From Candidatus Latescibacterota bacterium (GTDB taxonomy: Bacteria > Latescibacterota > UBA2968 > GCA-2709665): a stretch of 64,000 nucleotides of DNA. Made by a program: the position numbers and the translations under genes. Every line of letters begins with the position of its first letter. The stretch's first letter is position 1. The notes under the pieces were generated by a model. That model was given only the letters and a program-made list of their open reading frames with translations. It searched no databases and was not told the origin of the DNA. The stretch is taken from contig OZ220733.1 in assembly GCA_965116875.1 (NCBI GenBank), positions 352,001 through 416,000 on the forward strand. The letters run 5' to 3'. Of the stretch, positions 17,950 through 28,690 are shown in pieces.

Positions 17950-20144
17950 AAGGCGCACTGACACAGTTGCTCAAAGGCCGCTTCCGCATCGCCACCCAGC
18001 TCTATCTGGGAATCGGAGGCGCCGTTGCCATCACCATGGTCGCCAGCCTGGTCGGGTGGCTCTCGTTCGACCTTGTAGGCGATATCCAGAACCGTGTGAA
18101 CGAGGGTAGCGTCCCGGAAATGGCGGCTGCCTTTGGAGTTGCTCAGCAAAGCGGCACCCTGGTGGCCGCGGCGCCCCGTCTGACCTCGGCGGCAACGGTC
18201 GTTGACTTCGACCGCGTCAAGGCGGATATCGCTGAAGAGCGCAAGGCCTTCGAATCACAGTTGGCGGCCCTTATGCAAAGGGACACCAGGAAGGAAGATG
18301 AGGAGCGTTTCAGCAGAATACACGAATTTGCCGCGGCGCTCACGTCAAACATCGAAGCCATCGAGCGTGAGGTCGCCGAGTTGTTCGAGGTCAACGCGCG
18401 CAGCGAAGCGCTTCGCGTGGAACTGTCCGAATTGCGCGCCGAATTGTCCGGCATGCTGATTCCGGCCATCGACGATCAACTTTTCTACGCGATGACCGGC
18501 TACCGAACCATAGGCCAGCCGCCCGCGCCCCGCGAGCGGCATTTTTCGGACGAAGAGTTCGATCGATACCGCCACCTGGCCGACTTGAAAGCCGATGCCA
18601 CCATTGCAACGCAACTCCTGTCGAGTTCATTCAACCTTTCCGATGCACTCCTGCTGGAGCCGCTGCGAGAGCGCTTTGAAGCCGCTGCCGGACGCATCGA
18701 GCGGAGCCTGTCGGCGCTCGGGACGTCGCCCTGGCGGGATCAGATCGCCCCGCACCTGAAACGGCTTTTCGAGCTGGGCCTGGGAAAACAGGGCGGATTC
18801 GATCTGATCGTTCGCGAGTTCGAACTCACTGACCGGCAGCGAAACCTTCTCCAGGACAACCTGAGACTCGAAATCAACCTCGGTGCGGAAGTCGAGCGTC
18901 TCGTCGGCGCCGCACGTGAGCGTACGCGAGAGGCCACTCTGGCCTCCACTCAGGCGATCGGTACAGGTCGCAGCGTTCTGCTGGGATTGAACGTGGTCAG
19001 CATCAGCGGAGCCGTACTCATCGCGTGGCTGTTTGTGGGCCGGGTGTTGCTGCGCCGGCTCGAACGCCTGTCGGACCGGATGCGCGCCATGGCTGATGGC
19101 GACCTGGAAGCGAAGGTGGATATCAGCGGGCACGATGAAGTCGCCGATATGGCTGCGGCCCTGGAAGTATTCCGAAGGCATGCCCTCGAGGTTCAGCGCC
19201 TTAACCTCGTCGAAAAGCTTGCCGAGGAGTTGCGGGAGAAAAACGAACAGCTGGAAGCCGTGCTGGAGGACCTGCGACGGGCGCAGGACCAGATCGTGAT
19301 GCGCGAAAAGCTGGCGGCGCTCGGCGAACTCACGGCCGGGGTCGCCCACGAGATCAAGAATCCGCTGAATTTTGTCAAGAATTTTTCCGAGGTCTCCCAG
19401 GAGCTTCTCGAGGAACTCGGTGAAGAACTCGAGGATCCGCTCAGCGAAGAAGGCGGGGAACTTGACGAAGAAGGGCGCGAGCTTGTCCAGGAAATCTGCC
19501 AGGACCTCAACGACAACCTCGCACGCATCCGGGAACATGGCGAGCGCGCCAACCGGATTGTCCAGGATATGCTCTCGATGGGCCGGGGTTCCGCCGATCG
19601 ACAGGCCACCAACATCAACAATCTGCTCGACGAGCATGCCCGGCTCGCGTACCACAGCGCACGGGCGAGCGACACCGAGTTCCAACTCGACATCCAACAG
19701 GACCTGGATCCGTCTGCCGGCGAAGTCGAGGTGGTACCTCAAGACCTGGGCCGGGTATTTCTGAACATGGTCAGCAATGCCTGCCACGCGACCGACGAAA
19801 AACGACGCGAGCTTGTAGAATCGGGCGGCGACGAGCCGTATATGCCCACACTCTGGCTGAAGACCCGCCGCGGCCCGGAACAGCTCGAAGTGCGTATCAG
19901 GGACAACGGCAAGGGAATCCCGTCCAACGTCGTGGACAAGATTTTCAATCCGTTTTTTACGACCAAGCCGACGGACCAGGGCACAGGGCTGGGGCTTGCC
20001 CTTTCGAACGATATCGTGCGCGAACACGGAGGGAGCATTCGGGTCGAGACCGAACCCGGAGAATTTACCGAAATGGTTGTTGCAATTCCCCTTGAAGTTC
20101 CCGCACTGTTGGCGCAGCCGACGGCCGATGAGGAAGCGACCTGA
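17946..20144 (+). CDS. Sensor histidine kinase with TorS-like helical periplasmic domain, HAMP, HisKA and HATPase
   Basis: Two TM helices; HAMP (GHDEVADMA); H-box AGVAHEIKNPLNF; N-box NMVSNA; DNGKG; FFTTKP..GTGLGL. N-terminus (LVGWLSF...SVPEM...APRLTSA) resembles E. coli TorS by eye. Confidence 0.9.
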   Translation: MKGALTQLLKGRFRIATQLYLGIGGAVAITMVASLVGWLSFDLVGDIQNRVNEGSVPEMAAAFGVAQQSGTLVAAAPRLTSAATVVDFDRVKADIAEERKAFESQLAALMQRDTRKEDEERFSRIHEFAAALTSNIEAIEREVAELFEVNARSEALRVELSELRAELSGMLIPAIDDQLFYAMTGYRTIGQPPAPRERHFSDEEFDRYRHLADLKADATIATQLLSSSFNLSDALLLEPLRERFEAAAGRIERSLSALGTSPWRDQIAPHLKRLFELGLGKQGGFDLIVREFELTDRQRNLLQDNLRLEINLGAEVERLVGAARERTREATLASTQAIGTGRSVLLGLNVVSISGAVLIAWLFVGRVLLRRLERLSDRMRAMADGDLEAKVDISGHDEVADMAAALEVFRRHALEVQRLNLVEKLAEELREKNEQLEAVLEDLRRAQDQIVMREKLAALGELTAGVAHEIKNPLNFVKNFSEVSQELLEELGEELEDPLSEEGGELDEEGRELVQEICQDLNDNLARIREHGERANRIVQDMLSMGRGSADRQATNINNLLDEHARLAYHSARASDTEFQLDIQQDLDPSAGEVEVVPQDLGRVFLNMVSNACHATDEKRRELVESGGDEPYMPTLWLKTRRGPEQLEVRIRDNGKGIPSNVVDKIFNPFFTTKPTDQGTGLGLALSNDIVREHGGSIRVETEPGEFTEMVVAIPLEVPALLAQPTADEEAT

Positions 20145-20217
20145 ATTCACCTGGGGGGATTTACGCTTGCTTTCGATTTTGAACGCTGTTTCAAGGTGGA
20201 GACGAGGCCCGGCGGAA

Positions 20218-21729
20218 ATGACGATCAGCTTTCAGAGTACGGTCCTGCTGGTGTGTGCGGCATGTGTGATCTGTAGCTGCGGAGAGGAGCGCACGGTTGC
20301 TCCCCGGATGCCCCATAAGGCGGAAACGTCTGAACAGCCGCTGGGCAAACTCGCGGTCGACGACAACGCGGCGACGGCTGTTGTGGTGGCAACCCTGCTT
20401 GAAGACGACGCGCCGCTGGGAAGCGTCGCCGTCGCATTCGCTCGTTCCATTTCCGGACGGGCTCCGGTTTTCTCGTGGGCCGACACGACGGATGCGGATG
20501 GTCGAGCGCGCGTGGATATCCACGATGCAGGAGGCTACTATCAAGTCCGCGCGACCCAGGGCGGCACTCACCTTGGTTCGTGGTCGAGCATTCCCGTCAA
20601 CCGGGGGCAACGAGTAACGGTCGACCTGCCGTTAGGAGGAACGGCAAGGGTGACCGACGTGTCTTTTCTCGCGCCGGGGCGCCTTCCGGCGGTGTTTCGG
20701 GTTGGTGTCGTTCTGCCACTTACCGGCGATGGCGGGCCCCTCGGCCAAATTGTAAGAAACGGGATGGAACTCGCGCGAGACGAGGTCAACCGTTATGAAC
20801 TGGGTTCGTCGACGCTTGAATTCATCGTTGAAGACAGTGAGAGCACTCCGGACGAAGCTGCAACATCCTTCGAAAAGCTGATTTCCGAGGACAACGTCAC
20901 GGTTATTCTGGGTCCCGGTTTCTCTTCCTCGGCTGCCGTGGCATTTCCGATTGCCCAGGAAAACCGTGTGGTGGCCTTCAGCCCGACCGCTGCAGCCGCC
21001 GGATTGGGCGCGATCGGCGACTTCGTGTTCAGAGTCCCGGCGCCTGTCAGCCGGATCGCGCAAAGCACGCTTGAAGTTGCAGCAGCGAAACTGGAGTTGA
21101 ACCGGTTTGCCGTCATATACGACAGCACGGACGTTTTTTCACAAAGTGGCTACGAAGAAACCGAAAAAGTGCTTGATGAATTGGGCGTCGAGACGGTAAC
21201 AGTCGAGGCGTTCGCAACCGGACAGACCGATTTTTCCGCCGAGTTGACCCGAATAAAGAGCTTGCAACCCGATGTCATCCTCGTCTGGACCCGACCGTTG
21301 GAGAGGGTCGCGATTCCCGTGCAGGGCCGCCAGCTGGGAATCCCTTACGAGATCCCTTTTCTTGTTTTCGGCTTTGCATCAAGCCAGATCGGACAGGCAG
21401 GCCCTGCTGCGGAAGGCTTGATTACGGGGACGTTCTGGTCCCATACTATCGACACGCCAGAAAACCGGGCGTTTATCGAGAAATACCGCGTCAAATTCGG
21501 TGACGAACCCGATCTGTTTGCCGCGGAAGGATATGTATGCGTGCAGGTCCTCGCGGCCGCGCTTGTACGGGCCGGCTCGATACGGTCGGAGCTGGTCAGG
21601 GATGCGCTGGCGACCATCGAATTGCCCACCGTTATCGGGGAATTCGCCTTCGATGAGAATGGCGACCCGACGTATCCGGCCGTCCTGCAGGTGGTCAGGA
21701 ACGGCAGATTCGAAATGCTGGGGAATTGA
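20218..21729 (+). CDS. Lipoprotein: conserved N-terminal module fused to a branched-chain amino acid-type solute-binding domain
   Basis: Lipobox-like ICSC; N-terminal module shared with 11844-12167; VGVVLPLTG...EDSES...GDFVFR...G.F.FDENGD. Start moved to ATG 20218. Confidence 0.85.
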   Translation: MTISFQSTVLLVCAACVICSCGEERTVAPRMPHKAETSEQPLGKLAVDDNAATAVVVATLLEDDAPLGSVAVAFARSISGRAPVFSWADTTDADGRARVDIHDAGGYYQVRATQGGTHLGSWSSIPVNRGQRVTVDLPLGGTARVTDVSFLAPGRLPAVFRVGVVLPLTGDGGPLGQIVRNGMELARDEVNRYELGSSTLEFIVEDSESTPDEAATSFEKLISEDNVTVILGPGFSSSAAVAFPIAQENRVVAFSPTAAAAGLGAIGDFVFRVPAPVSRIAQSTLEVAAAKLELNRFAVIYDSTDVFSQSGYEETEKVLDELGVETVTVEAFATGQTDFSAELTRIKSLQPDVILVWTRPLERVAIPVQGRQLGIPYEIPFLVFGFASSQIGQAGPAAEGLITGTFWSHTIDTPENRAFIEKYRVKFGDEPDLFAAEGYVCVQVLAAALVRAGSIRSELVRDALATIELPTVIGEFAFDENGDPTYPAVLQVVRNGRFEMLGN

Positions 21730-21819
21730 TCGCCCGCCCAGGCATCGCCGAGACGGACTGAATTTCCCGTCGGTACCGGCATCTTAACCTCAACACGCCC
21801 ATACATTAAGACTCTCGAC

Positions 21820-23253
21820 ATGGAATTTGAAACCTACCCCCTCGATTCGACTTACTACGACGAGATGTTTCTTCCCGACGGGACACCCAGGGAGCATCTC
21901 CGACCGCTATTCGAAGCGCTGGGCGAACTTTCAAGCGACGAGCTTTCAAGCATCCAGGATCGCGTGACACGTTCGTTTTCGAATGAGGGCATCACCTTTA
22001 CCGTTTACGGCGATGAGGAGGCCACGGAACGCATTATACCCGTCGACTGCCTGCCGAGAGTCTTGTCCGGCGCCGAGTGGAATCAGCTCGTCAGTGGCCT
22101 TACCCAACGGCTGAGCGCCCTCAACCGGTTTCTCCAGGATATCTACAACGAGGAACGCATTATTGCGGACGGCGTGATCCCGGCGGACATGGTGAAGACC
22201 TGCCCGCAGTACCGGGTGGAAATGCGCGGCGTCTCCCCGCCGCATGGCGCCTGGGTGTCCATCTGCGGGACGGATCTCGTCCGAACCAACGACGGTTTTC
22301 TGGTACTGGAAGACAACCTGCGCGTACCCTCGGGTGTATCGTATATGGTGGCGAACCGAAAGGCGGTGAAGGCAGGTCTGCGGCGCCTGTACAGGCACTC
22401 GCGGGTACAGGAAGTGGAACACTACGGAAGGATGTTGCGCCAAACCCTGGTCGAACTTGCCCCTGGCGGCCGGTCCGATCCGTGCATCGTGCTCCTGACG
22501 CCCGGCGTGTACAATTCGGCTTTTTACGAGCACATGTTTCTGGCTCGTGAGATTGGCGCCGCGCTTGTGGAGGGTCGGGACCTCCTCGTAAATGAGGGGA
22601 TCGTCTATATGCGCACCACCACCGGCCTCCGGCGGGTCGACATCATTTACAGGCGCGTCGACGACGACTTTATCGACCCCCTCGTCTTTCGCGCGGATTC
22701 ACTACTCGGGGTACCGGGTCTGATGCACGCCTACAAACTTGGCAACGTGACCCTCGTGAACGCGCCCGGTACGGGCGTGGCTGACGACAAGAGCGTCTAT
22801 GCCTACGTTCCCGATATCATCCGCTACTACCTTGGCGAGGAGCCCGTACTGGCCAGTGTCAAGACATACCTCTGCCGCAGACCGGAACACCTCGAGTACA
22901 CACTCGACAATCTCGAGAACCTGATTGTAAAACGTGTCGGAGAATCCGGCGGCTACGGCATGCTGGTCGGCCCTCACGCCACGCCGGACGAACGGGAGGA
23001 GTACGCCAGGGAGTTGCGGGCCAACCCGGCTGACTACATTTCGCAACCGGTCCTGCCGCTGTCCCGCGCGCCGTGTCTGATCGACGACCGGTTCGAACCG
23101 CGGCACGTCGACCTGCGCCCGTTTGTGCTGCACGGACAGAAGACCCGGATGGTGCCGGGGGCATTCTGTCGCGTTGCATTGCGCCGAGGCAGCATCGTCG
23201 TCAATTCGAGTCAGGGCGGCGGCGGCAAAGACCTCTGGGTCCTGGAAAACTGA
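21820..23253 (+). CDS. Circularly permuted type 2 ATP-grasp protein
   Basis: YDEM, GITFTVYG, LEDNLRVPSGVSY, LTPG.YNSAFYEH, IYRRVDD, GVADDK, RHVDLRPF and VNSSQGGG.KD.WV motifs. Confidence 0.95.
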   Translation: MEFETYPLDSTYYDEMFLPDGTPREHLRPLFEALGELSSDELSSIQDRVTRSFSNEGITFTVYGDEEATERIIPVDCLPRVLSGAEWNQLVSGLTQRLSALNRFLQDIYNEERIIADGVIPADMVKTCPQYRVEMRGVSPPHGAWVSICGTDLVRTNDGFLVLEDNLRVPSGVSYMVANRKAVKAGLRRLYRHSRVQEVEHYGRMLRQTLVELAPGGRSDPCIVLLTPGVYNSAFYEHMFLAREIGAALVEGRDLLVNEGIVYMRTTTGLRRVDIIYRRVDDDFIDPLVFRADSLLGVPGLMHAYKLGNVTLVNAPGTGVADDKSVYAYVPDIIRYYLGEEPVLASVKTYLCRRPEHLEYTLDNLENLIVKRVGESGGYGMLVGPHATPDEREEYARELRANPADYISQPVLPLSRAPCLIDDRFEPRHVDLRPFVLHGQKTRMVPGAFCRVALRRGSIVVNSSQGGGGKDLWVLEN

Positions 23254-23327
23254 GTATTCGCATTCACTGCACCCGTCATGCAATTGACGCATCTCACCGT
23301 TGAAGAACTACCACGAAAGGAGAGGGT

Positions 23328-24713
23328 ATGAAGGGTTCCACGAAATTGCCGTTTCTCAAGCGCGCATGCGGTTCTCGCTTACGGATCGCTCTGCTCTTGC
23401 TTGGATGCCTGCTTTGCGGGACCACGGCCGCGTACGCGGCGGTTGACCAGGAGACGATGTTCGTCTTTAACACCTTCGCGTTTCTGATCTGGGGGGCGCT
23501 GATCATGTGGATGTGCGCCGGATTCACGATGCTCGAGTCCGGTTCGGTGCGCACCAAGAACGCGTCGATGATCTGCATGAAAAACATCGGCCTTTATTCG
23601 ATAGCCGGCCTCGCCTACTACTTCATCGGCTACAATCTGATGTACACGGAAGTCGGGAAGTTCATCGGCTCGTTTACACTTCTCTACGGGCCGTCTGCAG
23701 CGGACATCGCCCTGGTTGGCGGGCAGGAGTCGGCAAAGGCCAAAGTCATCGCGAACAAATATTCCACCATGTCCGACTGGTTCTTCCAGATGGTCTTCGT
23801 GGCGACGGCCGCGTCGATCGTGTCCGGCGCTCTGGCGGAGCGAGTCAGATTGCTGTCCTTCTTTCTGTTCACGTTGCTCCTGACGGCTGTCATCTACCCG
23901 GTAGTTGGCGCATGGACCTGGGGCGGCGGATGGTTGAGCGCAATGGGATTCAAGGACTTCGCAGGTTCGACCATTGTCCACAGCACCGGCGGCTGGGCCG
24001 CGCTTGCCGGGGTCCTGGTCGTCGGCCCGCGATTGGGCAAGTATCGCAGAGACGGCAGCGTGAAGAATACGCCGCCCTCCAATATCGTGGCGGTGACGCT
24101 GGGCGTGTTCATCCTATGGTTTGGCTGGCTCGGCTTCAACGGCGGGTCGCAGCTTGCGCTGGGCAGCGCCGCGGACGCGGTGGCCATGAGCCATGTGCTG
24201 GTCAACACCAATCTTGCGGCGGCAGCCGGAGTGGTGATGGCTCTCATCGTCTCCAGGCCGATCCTGGGAAGAATGGACCTGTTCGCCAGCCTTAACGGAG
24301 CCATTGCCGGGCTGGTGTCGATCACGGCCGGACCCGACATCGTCCAGCACTACTGGGCAGTCGTTATCGGCGCCGTGGGCGCTTTGCTCTGCACCGTCGG
24401 AATCCGGCTGCTGGAGAAGTTGAAAATCGACGACGTCGTCGGCGCGGTGCCCGCGCACCTCTTCGCCGGCGTCTGGGGAACGCTGGCGGTCTGCATCGCC
24501 GCCGGCGGCAATTTCGGCGTTCAGCTGCTGGGCTGCGTCGCGGTTGGCGTCTTTGTATTCTCGATTTCGTGGGTCGTCTGGCGTGTTTTGGCCGCGACCA
24601 TCCAGGTCCGCGTATCCGAAAAAGTCGAGCGGTTGGGTCAGGACGTCGGCGAGCTCGGAATTGAGGCCTATCCCGAGTTTGTGCTGAACCCGGAAGAAGC
24701 AGATGAGGATTGA
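23328..24713 (+). CDS. amtB: Ammonium transporter (Amt family)
   Basis: AGFTMLESG.VR.KN, FFQMVF, SGALAER, DFAGSTIVH, LWFGW.GFNGGS and DDVVGAVPAH motifs; twin His retained. Confidence 0.95.
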   Translation: MKGSTKLPFLKRACGSRLRIALLLLGCLLCGTTAAYAAVDQETMFVFNTFAFLIWGALIMWMCAGFTMLESGSVRTKNASMICMKNIGLYSIAGLAYYFIGYNLMYTEVGKFIGSFTLLYGPSAADIALVGGQESAKAKVIANKYSTMSDWFFQMVFVATAASIVSGALAERVRLLSFFLFTLLLTAVIYPVVGAWTWGGGWLSAMGFKDFAGSTIVHSTGGWAALAGVLVVGPRLGKYRRDGSVKNTPPSNIVAVTLGVFILWFGWLGFNGGSQLALGSAADAVAMSHVLVNTNLAAAAGVVMALIVSRPILGRMDLFASLNGAIAGLVSITAGPDIVQHYWAVVIGAVGALLCTVGIRLLEKLKIDDVVGAVPAHLFAGVWGTLAVCIAAGGNFGVQLLGCVAVGVFVFSISWVVWRVLAATIQVRVSEKVERLGQDVGELGIEAYPEFVLNPEEADED

Positions 24714-25696
24714 TGACGACGATCCCCGGTAATCCCAGATTGCTTGCGCGTAGTGCGCAGGGCCTGTATTGGATGGGCCGCTACCTGGAGCGTGCGGAGC
24801 ATCTTTGTCGACTGCTGCGATTCCAGGTGGAAGCGCTGGTGGACCGGCCGATCCGGGAGATTTATTTCGGATGGAGTCGAATCTACATGAGCCTGAATCG
24901 TCGTCCTCCCGGCGGCAGCATCACGATGGTCGGGAACGACGACTTCACGCTGGCCGATTCCTACACGCTGGCCGACGATCTCACGTTCGAGCGCTCGAAT
25001 CCCGATTCCGTCTGGAATTGTTTCTCCTTCGGCCGCGAGAATGCCCGGCAGATGCGCCACTGCATCAGCGGGGAGATGTGGATCTGTATTAACCTTTCGT
25101 ACCTGCGGCTCAGGAACCTGAGCATTCGGGACATCTGGAAGCCGTCACCGGAGAGCTTCTATGCTGAAACGGCAGGCGATATCAACACGTTTGCCGGTGT
25201 GGCGGAAGCGACAATGTACCGCGACGAAGGGTGGCATTTTCTGCGACTCGGAAGGCATATCGAACGCGCCCAATGTTCGGCTTCGTTGTTTTTTTCGCAA
25301 CTTTCCATGGACGAACTTATGGACGAGTCCTCCGACGCGGACTGGACGAACCTCTTGCACGTCTGCCAGGCCTATGACGCTTACGGCCGCAATTACAGCG
25401 TGGACGTCCAGCCGCGTCGAGTTCTCGACCTTCTCGTTACCGACCCTCTGCTTCATGGCTCTTTATGCTACTCGCTCGACGCGGTGGCCTCGGAACTCGA
25501 TGCCATCGGTTCCGGGTCCGATGAGCAATCCAGTGCAGTCGCCTTGCGCATGGCCAGACGCATGTGCGCGTTGATCCATTACGATTGGCCCGATCGTGAA
25601 GACCGCGATGCCCTTCTTGGAGACCTCCTGGAGTACTGCCGGAAACTCCACGATCTTGTCACCGCCTCATATATCGACTACCCCGCCGTTTACTGA
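24713..25696 (+). CDS. Alpha-E domain protein (DUF403-type)
   Basis: LYWMGRYLERAE, RENAR..R..IS.EMW and F.RLGR.IERA motifs; TGATG coupling to amt. Confidence 0.93.
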   Translation: MTTIPGNPRLLARSAQGLYWMGRYLERAEHLCRLLRFQVEALVDRPIREIYFGWSRIYMSLNRRPPGGSITMVGNDDFTLADSYTLADDLTFERSNPDSVWNCFSFGRENARQMRHCISGEMWICINLSYLRLRNLSIRDIWKPSPESFYAETAGDINTFAGVAEATMYRDEGWHFLRLGRHIERAQCSASLFFSQLSMDELMDESSDADWTNLLHVCQAYDAYGRNYSVDVQPRRVLDLLVTDPLLHGSLCYSLDAVASELDAIGSGSDEQSSAVALRMARRMCALIHYDWPDREDRDALLGDLLEYCRKLHDLVTASYIDYPAVY

Positions 25697-25716
25697 CTCC
25701 CGGGTGTGCAGATACC

Positions 25717-26589
25717 TTGGCCGGAGCGATTCATTACGAAATCAGGCACGTCTCGCGTTATGTGTACGCGTTCCCCGCGCGTGAGTGCGTCATGCTGCTT
25801 TGCCTGAAGCCACTCGACAACGCGGGTCAGCAGCTCGTTCGTTTCGAAATCGAAACCCAACCTCCGGGCTCCCTGAGCGCTGAAACAGATCCCTTCGGCA
25901 ACACGCGGCACGTCCTCTGCGTGCACCCGGAACACGAGTCGCTGGAGATTGCGGCTCGTTCCACCGTGAGCCCGGCTTCCTTCACGGCGCTTCCACCCGG
26001 TCTCGGAGCCGATGCCTGGAAGGAGATCGACGCCTGGCGGGACGCTCATCTGCATTGGGACTATTCGCATCCCAGCGCGATGGCGTTTCCGTCATCTGCG
26101 CTCACCGATTTCACCCGAAGAAACGACATTGCGCGCGGGAACGACCCGCTCAGGGATCTGATCCGGCTTGCAGATACGCTGCACAGCGTGTTTCAATATA
26201 CGCCGGGAAGTACATCGGCCGCGTCTCCGATTGAGGAAATTCTGAGATCGGGCCAGGGCGTCTGCCAGGACTACGCCCATGTCATGATCGCGGTCGCCCG
26301 TACCTGGGGGGTTCCGGCACGCTATGTCTCGGGCTATCTCTACGTCTCCGGTGCTCCCGACGGCCGGGCCTGGAGCAATGCCACCCACGCCTGGGTGGAA
26401 TGCCTGCTGCCGGAACTCGGCTGGGTGGGCTTTGATCCAACCAACCGGAGCCCTGCCGACGAACGACACGTCCGGATCGCAACCGGACGCGACTACCTTG
26501 ACGTCTCGCCCACCCGCGGCGTCCGACAGGGCGGCGGCGAGACGCGGCTTGAAGTCGACGTCCATATGCGTCCTCTGGCGGATCCGTGA
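25717..26589 (+). CDS. Transglutaminase family protein
   Basis: N-terminal YEIRHVSRY; catalytic GVCQDYAH, HAWVE and GFDPTN; GRDY.DVSP.RG. Confidence 0.94.
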   Translation: MAGAIHYEIRHVSRYVYAFPARECVMLLCLKPLDNAGQQLVRFEIETQPPGSLSAETDPFGNTRHVLCVHPEHESLEIAARSTVSPASFTALPPGLGADAWKEIDAWRDAHLHWDYSHPSAMAFPSSALTDFTRRNDIARGNDPLRDLIRLADTLHSVFQYTPGSTSAASPIEEILRSGQGVCQDYAHVMIAVARTWGVPARYVSGYLYVSGAPDGRAWSNATHAWVECLLPELGWVGFDPTNRSPADERHVRIATGRDYLDVSPTRGVRQGGGETRLEVDVHMRPLADP

Positions 26590-26597
26590 TTCTGCCC

Positions 26598-26626
26598 TTG
26601 ACAGATCCTTTTCTCGCCTTTATCTT
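26598..26626 (+). promoter_or_regulatory. Sigma70 promoter upstream of the TPP riboswitch
   Basis: TTGACA, 17 bp spacer, TATCTT. Confidence 0.75.
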
Positions 26627-26637
26627 GTAAGACGAGA

Positions 26638-26712
26638 TCCGCGTGGGGTGCCGTACGGCTGAGATCATACCCTTGGAACCTGATCTGGATTATGCCAGCG
26701 TAGGGAAGCGGA
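26638..26712 (+). ncRNA. TPP riboswitch aptamer
   Basis: ggggtgc...gctgagat.ataccc..gaacctgatctggattatgccagcgtaggga core; P1 tccgc/gcgga; directly upstream of thiC. Confidence 0.96.
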
Positions 26713-26736
26713 ACAAGAGCCTTGCAAGCTATCAAT

Positions 26737-26773
26737 GGGCCGTTCCCTCCAGGGGGACGGCCCTATGTGTTTG
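26737..26773 (+). terminator. Riboswitch expression-platform hairpin
   Basis: gggccgttccc...ggggacggccc stem followed by tatgtgtttg (weak U tract). Confidence 0.55.
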
Positions 26774-26838
26774 ATGTACGACGACTCGCGGTTCCCGCGG
26801 CATTCTCAAGCTGCGGGTAATCCAGAAAAGGAGACTGA

Positions 26839-28539
<1,701 letters not shown>

Positions 28540-28690
28540 CTTCGCCGGCGATTAACCACAATTCGCAAAAGACAAATTGGCCACAAAAAGCCTGAATGTG
28601 GGTAGAGGGTAGACGGTAGAAGAAACCCTTGCCCGATACTTTATTCCTCCTTGCCTCCGGCGGGAGAAGAGACTCCAGAAGGCAGGCAGG

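Noticed and set aside
18627-20150. 507-aa minus-strand ORF
   Set aside because: Antisense shadow of the histidine kinase.
23268-23282. TGCA-N7-TGCA upstream of amt as an NtrC site
   Set aside because: Spacing differs from the NtrC consensus (TGCA-N9-TGCA) and no sigma54 -24/-12 element is visible.
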